From contig OZ244065.1 in NCBI GenBank assembly GCA_965215505.1, positions 4,416,001-4,480,000 on the forward strand: a DNA stretch of 64,000 bases, given 5' to 3'. This DNA comes from Capsulimonadaceae bacterium (lineage in GTDB: Bacteria > Armatimonadota > Armatimonadia > Armatimonadales > Capsulimonadaceae). Every line of letters starts with the position of its first letter. Position 1 is the stretch's first letter. Shown piece by piece: positions 46,497 to 55,699 of the stretch. The translations under genes were made by a program, and so were the position numbers. The notes under the pieces are model-generated. The model did no database searches. It had not been told where the DNA came from and was given only the letters and a program-made list of their open reading frames with translations.

Positions 46497-48692
46497 GTGT
46501 CTTTGTTACCAACATGCCGGGCAGCGCGCCGGGCAGGGCGTCTGGTCCCGCTGCTGGCCGCCCTCGCACTGGGAGGCTCAATCGCCGCCCGCGCCGACGA
46601 GGCGAAACCCTTCCTGCACCCGCTTTTCACCGACGACATGGTCTTGCAGCGGGGCGTCGCCGACCCCATCTGGGGCTGGACCACGCCCGGCAACCCCGTC
46701 AACGTCTCCCTGAATGGCCAGGCGACGCGCGTCATCGCGGGGCCGGACGGCAAATGGGTGGCGAAGATCGGCCCGTTCAAAGCGGGCGGCCCGTACACCC
46801 TGACCGTCAAGGGGCCGCAGTCGGTCACTCTGAAAAACATTCTGATTGGCGACGTGTGGCTCTGCTCGGGCCAATCCAACATGGAGTTCGGCGTGGGCAA
46901 CCTCACGAACGCGAGGGAAGAGATCGCCGGCTCGAACCACCCCGACATCCGACTGTTCACCGTCGCCCGCGCCACCTCGCAGACGCCGCTCGCGCTGCCC
47001 GTGGGCCGGTGGCAGGTCTGCGGGCCGAAGACCATCACCGAGGGCCAGTGGAACGGCTTCAGCGCCGTCGGCTACTTCTTCGGGCGCGGACTGGAGAAGG
47101 ACCTGCACGTCCCCATCGGCCTGATCCACACCTCCTGGGGCGGCACGCCCGCCGAGGCCTGGACCAGCGCGGAAGCCCTGGCACCCCTGCCGGACTTCGC
47201 CCCGGTCGTCACCGCCTTGCAGCAGGCGCGGCAGGACCCCAACGGGTTCGGCAAGACGACCGACGCCTGGTACGCCAAGCACGACCCCGGCTCCAAAGAC
47301 AAAACATGGGCCGACGCCGACCTCAGCACGACGGACTGGCAGCCGATCACGGAGCCGGTCGCGTTCCAGAAGTCCGGCATCGCCGAGCTTTCCGGCACCA
47401 ACGACGTCGTCTGGCTGCGCCGCGAGTTCGACCTGCCCGTCGCCTGGGCCGGCAAGGACCTGACGCTCCACCTAGGCCCCATAGACGACCGCGACACCAC
47501 CTACATCAACGGGACCGCCGTCGGCGGCCTGAACGACCCGGCCGCGCCGCGCGATTACAAGGTCCCCGCCGCCCTGCTGAAGCCGGGCCGGAACGTCCTC
47601 GCCGTCCGCGTCCTGGACACCGGCGGCGCGAACGACACCGGCGGGCTGACCGGCAAGGCCGACGCGCTCCGGGTCGAGGCCGTGGGCGACCCGACGCCCG
47701 CCGTCTCATTGGCAGGGCCGTGGCTGGTCAAGGTCGGGGCACCGATCCCCGCCGACGACCCCGCCCCGGTCGTGCCGGGCAGCGACCAGAACACGCCCAC
47801 GATCCTCTACAACGGCATGGTGAACCCGCTGATCCCCTTCGGCATCAAGGGCGCGATCTGGTATCAGGGCGAGTCGAACGCGGGTCGCGGCAAGCAGTAC
47901 CAGGCCCTCCTGCCCGCCCTGATCGGCGACTGGCGCAAGCGATTCGGGTCGGGCGACTTCCCGTTCCTCGTCGTCCAGCTCGCGAACTATGACCCCCACC
48001 TCGCCGACCACACCCAGCCCGGCGAGTCCGGATGGGCCGAAGTGCGCGAGGCGCAGCTCCTGACGGCGGAACACCTGACGAGGGTAGGGCTGGCCGTCAC
48101 CGACGACATCGGCGACGCGGGCGACATCCACCCGAAGAACAAGCAGGAGGTGGGCCACCGCCTGGCCCTCGCCGCCGAGGCCATCGCCTACGACAAGCCG
48201 GTCGAGTACGGCGGGCCGCTTTACCAGAGCATGACCGTCGAGGGCGGCAAGGTCCGCCTGAAGTTCACGCACCTCGGCGGCGGCCTGGTCGCCAAGCCCC
48301 TGGACCTCGGCGCACCCCTGGTCAAGAACGCCGAGGCGGCTAAGGACGCCGTCCCCGCCCCCGTCCAGGCCGCCAAGACCGCCGAGGCCGTGGGCGCGGC
48401 AAAAGCCGTGAAGGCCGCCGAGGCGGCCAACGTCACCGCGAAAAGTCCCGCCGAGAAGACGCCCGAAAAGGCCCCGGAGAAGGCTACCGAGAAGCTGCTC
48501 GGCTTCGCCGTGGCGGGCGCGGACGGCGCATTCGTCTGGGCGGACGCCCGCGTGGACGGCGACACCGTCGTCGTCTCCTCACCGACCGTGCCGCAGCCGA
48601 CGGACGTCCGCTACGGCTGGGCAGATAGCCCGGTCTGCAACCTCTACAACAAGGCCGGCCTGCCCGCCCCGCCGTTCCGAACGGGGAAATAA
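46497..48692 (+). CDS. Sialate/9-O-acetylesterase (SASA, SGNH) with inserted galactose-binding-like domain
   Basis: DMVLQR, GDVWLCSGQSNM, WGGTPAEAW, WYQGESN, DIHPKNK, GLPAPPFRT. Confidence 0.92.
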   Translation: MSLLPTCRAARRAGRLVPLLAALALGGSIAARADEAKPFLHPLFTDDMVLQRGVADPIWGWTTPGNPVNVSLNGQATRVIAGPDGKWVAKIGPFKAGGPYTLTVKGPQSVTLKNILIGDVWLCSGQSNMEFGVGNLTNAREEIAGSNHPDIRLFTVARATSQTPLALPVGRWQVCGPKTITEGQWNGFSAVGYFFGRGLEKDLHVPIGLIHTSWGGTPAEAWTSAEALAPLPDFAPVVTALQQARQDPNGFGKTTDAWYAKHDPGSKDKTWADADLSTTDWQPITEPVAFQKSGIAELSGTNDVVWLRREFDLPVAWAGKDLTLHLGPIDDRDTTYINGTAVGGLNDPAAPRDYKVPAALLKPGRNVLAVRVLDTGGANDTGGLTGKADALRVEAVGDPTPAVSLAGPWLVKVGAPIPADDPAPVVPGSDQNTPTILYNGMVNPLIPFGIKGAIWYQGESNAGRGKQYQALLPALIGDWRKRFGSGDFPFLVVQLANYDPHLADHTQPGESGWAEVREAQLLTAEHLTRVGLAVTDDIGDAGDIHPKNKQEVGHRLALAAEAIAYDKPVEYGGPLYQSMTVEGGKVRLKFTHLGGGLVAKPLDLGAPLVKNAEAAKDAVPAPVQAAKTAEAVGAAKAVKAAEAANVTAKSPAEKTPEKAPEKATEKLLGFAVAGADGAFVWADARVDGDTVVVSSPTVPQPTDVRYGWADSPVCNLYNKAGLPAPPFRTGK

Positions 48693-48706
48693 TCACACCG
48701 CATCGT

Positions 48707-48732
48707 GTAGGGGCGAACCTTGTGTTCGCCCT
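48707..48732 (+). repeat. GTAG-type REP
   Basis: GTAGGGGCGAACCTTGTGTTCGCCCT, identical to 58781-58806. Confidence 0.8.
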
Positions 48733-48764
48733 TCTTTCCCCTCCCGTCTTTCCTTTCCCTGCCC

Positions 48765-49730
48765 TTATCTTCCTTCGCTTCGCCCCGCCTCCAGACTCTC
48801 CCGCTCTGCCTCGCTCATCTCCAGCCCGACCGCCATCACGCTGTCCTGTAGCTGCTCCACGGTGCGCGGGCCGACCACCGCCGCGCCGCCGCAGGGATGG
48901 TTCAGGAGATACGCCAGCGCGACGGCGTTAGCCGAAACCCCACGCTCCTCGGCCATCTGCCGGACGCGCTCCCAGCGGCTCGCGTTGACCTCGCTGTGGT
49001 ACAGCGCGTATTTGCCATCGGCGGGGTCATACGGGTGCGCGAAGAAGCCGCCCGCCTGTGGCGAGAAGGGGATCACTTTCAGACGCGCCGCGCAGTAATA
49101 CTTTAGTGCCTCGGCGTCCATGTGCAGTGAGTCGTACCATTGTCCCTGCACCACGTTCGGGACGGCCAGGCTCCAGCCGATCTGGCTGGCGACAAAGCCG
49201 CTCAGTCGGTGCGCTTCGGCATACTCCGCCGCCGCTTGGAGGCGCGCAGGCTGCCAGTTGGATGCGCCGGGGGCATGGATCCGGCCTGCCGCTTGGTGTT
49301 CGTTCAGCGCCTCTAGTATCTCGCCGACCGGCACGGCGGGGTCATCCCGGTGCAGCCAGTAGAGGTCTGTGTGACTCGTCCCCAGCCGCTCCAAGCTCTC
49401 CGAGATGTCACGGCTCAGATCCTCGGGCCGCAGGCGTGACCGCTCCATCGTCTCCAAACGGGGGTGACCGCCCTTCGTCGCCATCGCGAATTCGTTCCGG
49501 ACGCCGCGCGTCCGCAGCCACTCGCCCACGGTCCGCTCACTCGCCCCATGTCCGTTTGGCAGCCAGTCGGCGTAGACGTGGGCGGTGTCCAGGAAACTGC
49601 CGCCCGCCTCGGCGAAGGCGTCCAGCAAGGCAAACGACTCATCGCGCGTGTAAGCCGACCCGTAGTTCGCCGTGCCGAGACAGAGGACGGAGAGGGGCTG
49701 CTTGATGCCTGGAAGCGTGAAGTAGTTCAT
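48765..49730 (-). CDS. Aldo/keto reductase
   Basis: LCLGT, DTAHVY, TKGGH, SLERLGT..DLYWLH, GASNW. Confidence 0.92.
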   Translation of the reverse strand: MNYFTLPGIKQPLSVLCLGTANYGSAYTRDESFALLDAFAEAGGSFLDTAHVYADWLPNGHGASERTVGEWLRTRGVRNEFAMATKGGHPRLETMERSRLRPEDLSRDISESLERLGTSHTDLYWLHRDDPAVPVGEILEALNEHQAAGRIHAPGASNWQPARLQAAAEYAEAHRLSGFVASQIGWSLAVPNVVQGQWYDSLHMDAEALKYYCAARLKVIPFSPQAGGFFAHPYDPADGKYALYHSEVNASRWERVRQMAEERGVSANAVALAYLLNHPCGGAAVVGPRTVEQLQDSVMAVGLEMSEAERESLEAGRSEGR

Positions 49731-50116
49731 TAGGTTGTTCCCGTCCCGCCCGGCAGGCGTCGGCGTCGGTCCGCCCAGCGCCAGAGCGGGGCAGCCAAGA
49801 AAGCACCCGCCATCAGGCTCGGGCCGAGCCAGGCCAGGACCGAGTGCGGCAGCGGCAAATAATGGCCGATGAAGGAGTCGCAGTAGGCCGAGCCGGGCGC
49901 GTCCCAGTTCCGCAGGCCCTGCTCCCAGCGCGTCAGCGGACACTCGCCCCACAGGACGTTGGCGGCGATCACGACGGCCAGCAGCGCATAGTAGGCCCGT
50001 TCCCAGCGCGGGCGACGGCGCAGAAGCCCCAGCATCGCCGCGAGTGCGCCTAGGGCCACTACAGCCACGAGCAGCCCGTGCGTGACGGCGACGAGATCGG
50101 CAAGCCACAGGAACAT
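49730..50116 (-). CDS. DUF2784-like membrane protein
   Basis: LADLVAVTH, CPLTRWEQGLR, FIGHY. Confidence 0.75.
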   Translation of the reverse strand: MFLWLADLVAVTHGLLVAVVALGALAAMLGLLRRRPRWERAYYALLAVVIAANVLWGECPLTRWEQGLRNWDAPGSAYCDSFIGHYLPLPHSVLAWLGPSLMAGAFLAAPLWRWADRRRRLPGGTGTT

Positions 50117-50144
50117 TGTTTCCCCCTCCGGCAGCCGGTTACAT

Positions 50145-51149
50145 CTAACCCGCTTTCGGCGTCACCCACGCCTCTTGTTTCGCCCCCTCGTACATCGCCT
50201 CCATCACCGCGCTCCGGTAGGCCGCCTCGCGGACGCCGACCAGGGCCGCATCCTTTTGGCCGCCCAGCGCGTTCAGGAACGAGTCCAGGCCCGCCGGGAT
50301 ATTGGGCGGCAGGTCCGTCCAGGGCTGCTTGCCGTCCGCGCCCGGAACGTGCTTGCTGCGGAAATAGAGCTGCCCGTTCAGCACCATCGCGTGGCCTTCC
50401 GTCCCGCTGACCAGCAGGCTGACCGGGTCCGCCACGTCGTCCCAGGCGGCGGCCAGCGTCCCGATGGTCCCATTCACGAACCGCATCAGCCCCTCGCCAG
50501 TCTCGTCGCAGCCGTCATAGGCGTCCGTGCCCGCGTCGAGCTGGGCGGTCACGGTCGTCACGTCCCCCAGGAGCCAAAGCAGGATGTCCAGCGAGTGCGT
50601 CCCCAGGTCGCCGAACGCGCCCACGCCCGCGATCTTCGGGTCCGCCATCCAGCGCCACTCCGTGTCGAACCACCGCCCCAAGGCCCCGCTGTGGCAGTTG
50701 GAACCCCGGACGCGCGTGATCTTGCCGAACGCGCCCTGTGCGATCTGCTCTTTCAAATAGATGTTTTTGGCGTCCCCGCGCTGGAAATAGCCGGTCTGGT
50801 ACAGCACGCCCGCCTTCTCGATGGCGTCCGCCATGCGGTAGGCGTCCTCGGAGCCGAAGCCGAGCGGCTTCTCGACAAACAGATGCTTCCCCGCCGCTGC
50901 TGCGGGCAGGACGACCTGTTCATGCAGGTTCGTCTCGGTGCAGACGATCAGGGCCTCGATCTCCGGGTCGGCCAGCAGCGCGCCCATGTCGGCGGCGACG
51001 GCGGCCCCCAATTCGGCGGCCCGTTTGGCGGCCCGCGCCGGGTCGTGATCCCAGACGCTCTTGCACTGGACATCGGGACGGCCCTTGATGGTGTTGATAA
51101 AGCCGGGCGTGTGGATGTGCGCGCACCCGGCAAAGGCGACTGTGGTCAT
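50145..51149 (-). CDS. Gfo/Idh/MocA oxidoreductase
   Basis: AGKHLFVEKP, GAFGDLGTHSLD. Confidence 0.92.
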   Translation of the reverse strand: MTTVAFAGCAHIHTPGFINTIKGRPDVQCKSVWDHDPARAAKRAAELGAAVAADMGALLADPEIEALIVCTETNLHEQVVLPAAAAGKHLFVEKPLGFGSEDAYRMADAIEKAGVLYQTGYFQRGDAKNIYLKEQIAQGAFGKITRVRGSNCHSGALGRWFDTEWRWMADPKIAGVGAFGDLGTHSLDILLWLLGDVTTVTAQLDAGTDAYDGCDETGEGLMRFVNGTIGTLAAAWDDVADPVSLLVSGTEGHAMVLNGQLYFRSKHVPGADGKQPWTDLPPNIPAGLDSFLNALGGQKDAALVGVREAAYRSAVMEAMYEGAKQEAWVTPKAG

Positions 51150-51301
51150 GGAGGTTCATCCCTTCAAGAATGTTACTCCTCACTATCCGCCGCGCGGCGC
51201 GGAAAGTCCTGCCTCTATTTATGGCTGGTTTAGCCTTGGCCCCAAACGGCGATACTATTCTTGTCATACGCCGCGCCGACGGGCGCTTAGAAAAGATCCG
51301 C

Positions 51302-53521
51302 TTGACTCCCGACACCTACCCCGCCGGCACCGTCCGCGCCCTGCTCCCGACTGACCTGGTGACGCCCGCCACGCGGGACGTTTTGCAGGGGCGCTTGTCG
51401 GGAGAAACCCCCGACCCGCGTTTCTTCGCCGCGCCCGAGCTAGACCTGCTGCAAGCGGCCCTGGCGCGGCTTTTCGCCGATCCCGAGGCACCCACCGCCC
51501 GTACTCTGGCCCTGTGCATAGATGCGCGCCTGGCGGACGGCAAATCCGACGGCTGGCGCTACGACGCCCTGCCGCCCGATGGCGAGGCCGCCCGGCGCGG
51601 CCCGCGCGGGCTGGACCAGACGGCCCAGGCGCTCCACGGCAGCGGCTTCGTCGCCCTCGACGCGGCCCGTCAAGAGGCCGTACTGGCCGCCGTCCAGAAG
51701 GGCAACCCGCCCGGCGAAGTCTGGCAGACGCTGTCCGCCGCCCGCTTCTTTGAAGAGCTGCTGGCCGAGGCGACGGAAGCGTACTACAGCCACCCGCTGG
51801 CTCAGGAAGAGATCGGCTACGTCGGCATGGCCGATGCGCGCGGCTGGACGCGGATTGCCATGAACGAACGCGAGCCGTGGGAGCCGCTGCCCGTCGTGGG
51901 TTCCGGCCTCGTAGGGGCGCGACTCATCGCGCCCTCTGCTTCGCCCGAGGGCGCGGCAAGCCACGCCCCCACCGACCCGGAACCAGGCAGGCAGTTCGCC
52001 CTCACCGAAACGCTGGACGCCGTCATCATTGGGACGGGCGCGGGCGGGGCACCCCTGCTGGCCCGGCTCGCCCAAGCCGGGCTGAAAGTCGTCGCCCTGG
52101 AAGCGGGCCGCTTCTGGGACCCCGCCCGCGACTTCGCCACTGACGAGCGCGCCCAGGCCAAACTATTCTGGAACGACGAGCGCCTGAGTGCGGGCGGCGA
52201 CCCGCTGCCCTTCGGGTCCAACAACTCCGGCATCGGCGTCGGCGGCTCGACCCTCCACTACACCGCCTACACGCCGCGCGCCCATACAGACGATTTTCGG
52301 CTGCACACGGAGTTCGGCATCGGCGCGGACTGGCCGCTCGGCTACACCGACCTGGAACCTTACTACGATGAGTTGGAGCAGTTCTTGGGCGTCTCCGGCC
52401 CGTCACCGTACCCGTGGGACCCGCACGGGCAGCCCTATCCCCTGCCGCCCCTGCCGCTGAACGGCGCGGCACAACTGATGCAGCGCGCGTGTGCCGCCCT
52501 GGGCATTCGGACCTCGCCCGCGCCCAATGCCGCTCTGTCCGGCCCCTACTACAAGCCCGGCGTCGGGTGGCGTCGCGCCTGCACCAACCGGGGCTTCTGC
52601 CAGGCCGGGTGCAGCGTCGGGGCAAAGGCCAGCATGGACGTGACGTTTATTCCTGTCGCCTTGCAGGCCGGGGCCGAGGTCCGCTCGGAGTGCTTCGTGA
52701 CGCAGATCGAGCGGGACAAAACGGGCCGCGTCTCCGGCGTCGTCTACACCCAGAATGGCGTCGAGCGGCGGCAGCCCTGCCGGAACGTCTTCCTCTGCGC
52801 CGGGGCCGTCGAGACCCCGCGCCTGCTCCTGCTGAACGGCCTGGCGAACGGCAGCGGACTGGTCGGGCGGAACTTCATGGCCCACACCGGGGTGCAGGTC
52901 TGGGGGCAGTTCGAGGCGGACATCCGGCCGTACAAGGGCATCCCCGGCGGCCTGATCTCCGAGGACACGCACCGGCCAAAGGACGCCGACTTCGCGGGCG
53001 GCTACCTACTGCAAAGCCTCGGCGTCATGCCCGTCACTTATGCCTCTCAACTTGCACGGGGGCCGGGCCTGTGGGGGGAACCGCTGCGCGCCCACATGCG
53101 CGGCTACAACCACGTCGCCGGCATCAATATCTGCGGCGAGGGCCTGCCCCACGCCGGCAACTTCCTGGAACTCTCGGACGAGAAGGACGCGCGCGGGCTG
53201 CCCAAGCCGCGCGTCCACTACACGGCGGGCGAGAACGAGAGGAAACTGACCGCCCACGCCGAAGCCCTCATGCGCGCGATCTGGGCCGAGGCTGGGGCGC
53301 ACGACGTCTGGGCGTTAGACCGCCACCCGCATACCCTGGGGACCTGCCGCATGGGGACCGACCCGGACACGTCCGTCGTCGGCCCGGACGGGCAGGCCCA
53401 CGACGTTCCCGGCCTCTACATCGCCGACGGCTCGGTCTTCCCCAGCGCCCTGGCCGTCAACCCGGCCCTGACGATCATGGCGGTGAGCCTGGGAACGGCG
53501 GATCGGTTTCTGGGGAAGTGA
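51302..53521 (+). CDS. Fusion of gluconate-2-dehydrogenase subunit 3-like domain and GMC oxidoreductase
   Basis: N-part DGWRY...YYSHPLAQEEIGY; C-part IIGTGAGG, GGSTLHY, AGAVETPRLL, HTLGTCRMG, NPALTI. TTG start uncertain. Confidence 0.88.
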   Translation: MTPDTYPAGTVRALLPTDLVTPATRDVLQGRLSGETPDPRFFAAPELDLLQAALARLFADPEAPTARTLALCIDARLADGKSDGWRYDALPPDGEAARRGPRGLDQTAQALHGSGFVALDAARQEAVLAAVQKGNPPGEVWQTLSAARFFEELLAEATEAYYSHPLAQEEIGYVGMADARGWTRIAMNEREPWEPLPVVGSGLVGARLIAPSASPEGAASHAPTDPEPGRQFALTETLDAVIIGTGAGGAPLLARLAQAGLKVVALEAGRFWDPARDFATDERAQAKLFWNDERLSAGGDPLPFGSNNSGIGVGGSTLHYTAYTPRAHTDDFRLHTEFGIGADWPLGYTDLEPYYDELEQFLGVSGPSPYPWDPHGQPYPLPPLPLNGAAQLMQRACAALGIRTSPAPNAALSGPYYKPGVGWRRACTNRGFCQAGCSVGAKASMDVTFIPVALQAGAEVRSECFVTQIERDKTGRVSGVVYTQNGVERRQPCRNVFLCAGAVETPRLLLLNGLANGSGLVGRNFMAHTGVQVWGQFEADIRPYKGIPGGLISEDTHRPKDADFAGGYLLQSLGVMPVTYASQLARGPGLWGEPLRAHMRGYNHVAGINICGEGLPHAGNFLELSDEKDARGLPKPRVHYTAGENERKLTAHAEALMRAIWAEAGAHDVWALDRHPHTLGTCRMGTDPDTSVVGPDGQAHDVPGLYIADGSVFPSALAVNPALTIMAVSLGTADRFLGK
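51911..51972. repeat. REP doublet embedded in-frame within the GMC fusion gene
   Basis: GTAGGGGCGCGACTCATCGCGCCCT plus inverted AGGGCGCGGCAAGCCACGCCCCCAC. Confidence 0.75.
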
Positions 53522-54353
53522 CTCCACCCCGAAGGGTGGGGTGCGTCATCGTGGTCTCCGCGATGTGACTCATCAGGTTATATTCCAGCATCGGGCGGAC
53601 GCTCCGAAACCCTTCCGACTCGCGCCGCCAGCCCGCCAAACCGCCCTCGGCGACTATTCTCTGGCAGGCGTCGCTGCCCCTCGCCGCCTGCTCTTCGAGC
53701 CAGTCGCCTAGAAATTGAAGGACCGACTCCACCATGTCCAGCAGTCCCGGTGTCGCGGCGATGCCGTAAGCATGACAGAATAGGCACAGTCTGCGGCTCC
53801 CCTCTTCCCTGTCCGCCCGTGCCCGCTCGCTTAATTCGCCTTGCGACCAGAGCGGCGCGAGCCAGAAGGCCGCATACGCCACATCCCGCAGGCGCGGCCC
53901 CGGCCCGGCCATGTCGAAGTCAATCATCGCATAGGGGACGCCCCTCATGCAGACCAGGTTATATGGCGCGAAATCGTTGTGACAGATGACCTCGTGCCGC
54001 CGCGCATCCGGGTAGACAAACCCCCAGCGGGCGTCGGGGCCGGGGGCGAAGCCGGCCGTCGCGTCATGGTAGTCACGGAGCAGGCGGGCTGCCGCCACGA
54101 GCGGCGCGACGTCATCCCACAGGTAGGGCATGAAGCCGACCTCGCCCGGCAAGAATGTCAGCGCCTCCCGCCCCTGAGCATCCATGCCCAGGAACCGGGG
54201 ACAGCCCGAGAATCCCTGTGCCTCCAGATGCCGCAGCAGGCTTTGAACTGTCTGGCTGTGGGTGCCCACGGCACGGCGAACCGTGTCACCCACCCGCGCA
54301 ACGGTCGGGTTGATGTTGCCGCCGCCCAGTGGCTCTTCATCATAGTGTTCCAT
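53475..54353 (-). CDS. Aminoglycoside phosphotransferase-family kinase
   Basis: VARVGDTVRR, CHNDFAPYN, IDFD. Confidence 0.85.
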   Translation of the reverse strand: MEHYDEEPLGGGNINPTVARVGDTVRRAVGTHSQTVQSLLRHLEAQGFSGCPRFLGMDAQGREALTFLPGEVGFMPYLWDDVAPLVAAARLLRDYHDATAGFAPGPDARWGFVYPDARRHEVICHNDFAPYNLVCMRGVPYAMIDFDMAGPGPRLRDVAYAAFWLAPLWSQGELSERARADREEGSRRLCLFCHAYGIAATPGLLDMVESVLQFLGDWLEEQAARGSDACQRIVAEGGLAGWRRESEGFRSVRPMLEYNLMSHIAETTMTHPTLRGGVTSPETDPPFPGSPP

Positions 54354-54398
54354 GAGCGCATCATGCCTGTCCCTCCGGGTGTGCGCCCGGCAGACGTT

Positions 54399-55637
54399 CT
54401 AATCCAAAGCCAACAGCATGTCCAGGTCGAAATCGGCTTTGCGGATTTCGTCCTCCAGGCCGTCCACCGGCGGCTTGGTCCGCGCGATCTTTTCTAGAGT
54501 CTCGTAAAGCTCTTCGGGCGGGTTGACCGAGATCACCATCACGACCTCGTTGTTCTCGTCCACATACAGCTCGTCGAAGCGGTTGGAGTCCGGGTCGCCG
54601 TGGAACAGGCCGCCCTTGCCCCCCTGCGGGTCCCCGAACAGCTCGAAGTGGATGTCCAGCTCATCGGAGAAGAAGTTCGCGACGTGGTCGTAGGCAACAC
54701 GTTGCCCGGCCATGTTCGCCCCGGCGATCTCCCCGTGCCAGAAAGCGTTGTTCCAATGTTCGACGCGCCACTGTTTGCCCAGCACGGGGTCCTGAAAGCC
54801 CGCCACGTCGCCCGCCGCCCAGACGTCGGGGGCGCTGGTCTCCAGGAACTCGTTCACCAGGATGCCGTTCTTTTTCTCGTCCACGTCCAGCCCCGACGCC
54901 AGCGCGAACTCCAGGTTCGGCTTGACGCCGACGCCGACCAGGACGTAGTCGCCGTCTATCACTTTGCCCGCCTTCGTCTTGACGCCCCCCGCCGTGATCT
55001 CCGTCACCTCATCGCCCAGGATGACCTCGGCCCCCGCCGCTTCCAGCTTCTTCCTCAGGAACGCGCCGTACTCGGGCGAGGCGAACTTGCTCCACAGGTG
55101 GCCGGTCGGCTCGATGATCGTCGCCCGGCCCCCCTTGGTCACGAAGTCGGCAGCCACCTCGACGCCGATGTAGCCGCCGCCGACGAGGATGATCTTCTGG
55201 CCCAGGTGTGCCCGGATGGCCTCGCTGTCCTCGCGCGTCCGCAGCATCCGCACGTTCGGCCCTTCCGCGCCGGGGATGTCCAGCGCTTTGGGTGATGACC
55301 CGGTGGCGATCAGCAGCTTTTCGTATGTCACCGTATCGCCGCCGTCCAGCGTGACCGTCTTGGCCGACGTGTCCGCATTCTTCGCTTTCACGCCCGTCAG
55401 CAGGGTGACTTTGTTGTCTGTATACCAAGACGGCGGCTGGACCGGCAGGACGGCGTCGGCCTCCGCTTCGCCTCGCAGGTACTCCTTGGACAGCGGCGGG
55501 CGGTTGTACGGCGCGTGAGGCTCCGAACCGATGAGGAGGATCGCGCCGTCCGGGTCATGCTTGCGGATGTTCTCGGCCGCCGTCGCCGAGGCGAGGCCGC
55601 CGCCGACCAGAACATAATGGGCGGAATGGGATGCCAT
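54399..55637 (-). CDS. FAD/NAD-dependent oxidoreductase (ferredoxin reductase-like)
   Basis: GGGLAS, PYNRPPLSKEYL, ATGS, GGGYIG, WAAGDVA, RVEHW. Confidence 0.92.
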   Translation of the reverse strand: MASHSAHYVLVGGGLASATAAENIRKHDPDGAILLIGSEPHAPYNRPPLSKEYLRGEAEADAVLPVQPPSWYTDNKVTLLTGVKAKNADTSAKTVTLDGGDTVTYEKLLIATGSSPKALDIPGAEGPNVRMLRTREDSEAIRAHLGQKIILVGGGYIGVEVAADFVTKGGRATIIEPTGHLWSKFASPEYGAFLRKKLEAAGAEVILGDEVTEITAGGVKTKAGKVIDGDYVLVGVGVKPNLEFALASGLDVDEKKNGILVNEFLETSAPDVWAAGDVAGFQDPVLGKQWRVEHWNNAFWHGEIAGANMAGQRVAYDHVANFFSDELDIHFELFGDPQGGKGGLFHGDPDSNRFDELYVDENNEVVMVISVNPPEELYETLEKIARTKPPVDGLEDEIRKADFDLDMLLALD

Positions 55638-55699
55638 GAGGGTTTGCCCTTTCTAGGGAGTGGGAGGGTATGCTGAAGTCTACCCGGTGGAGCAGGGCG

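Noticed and set aside
53475-54353. Aminoglycoside resistance gene
   Set aside because: It has only the generic APH/kinase fold motifs; the substrate cannot be inferred.
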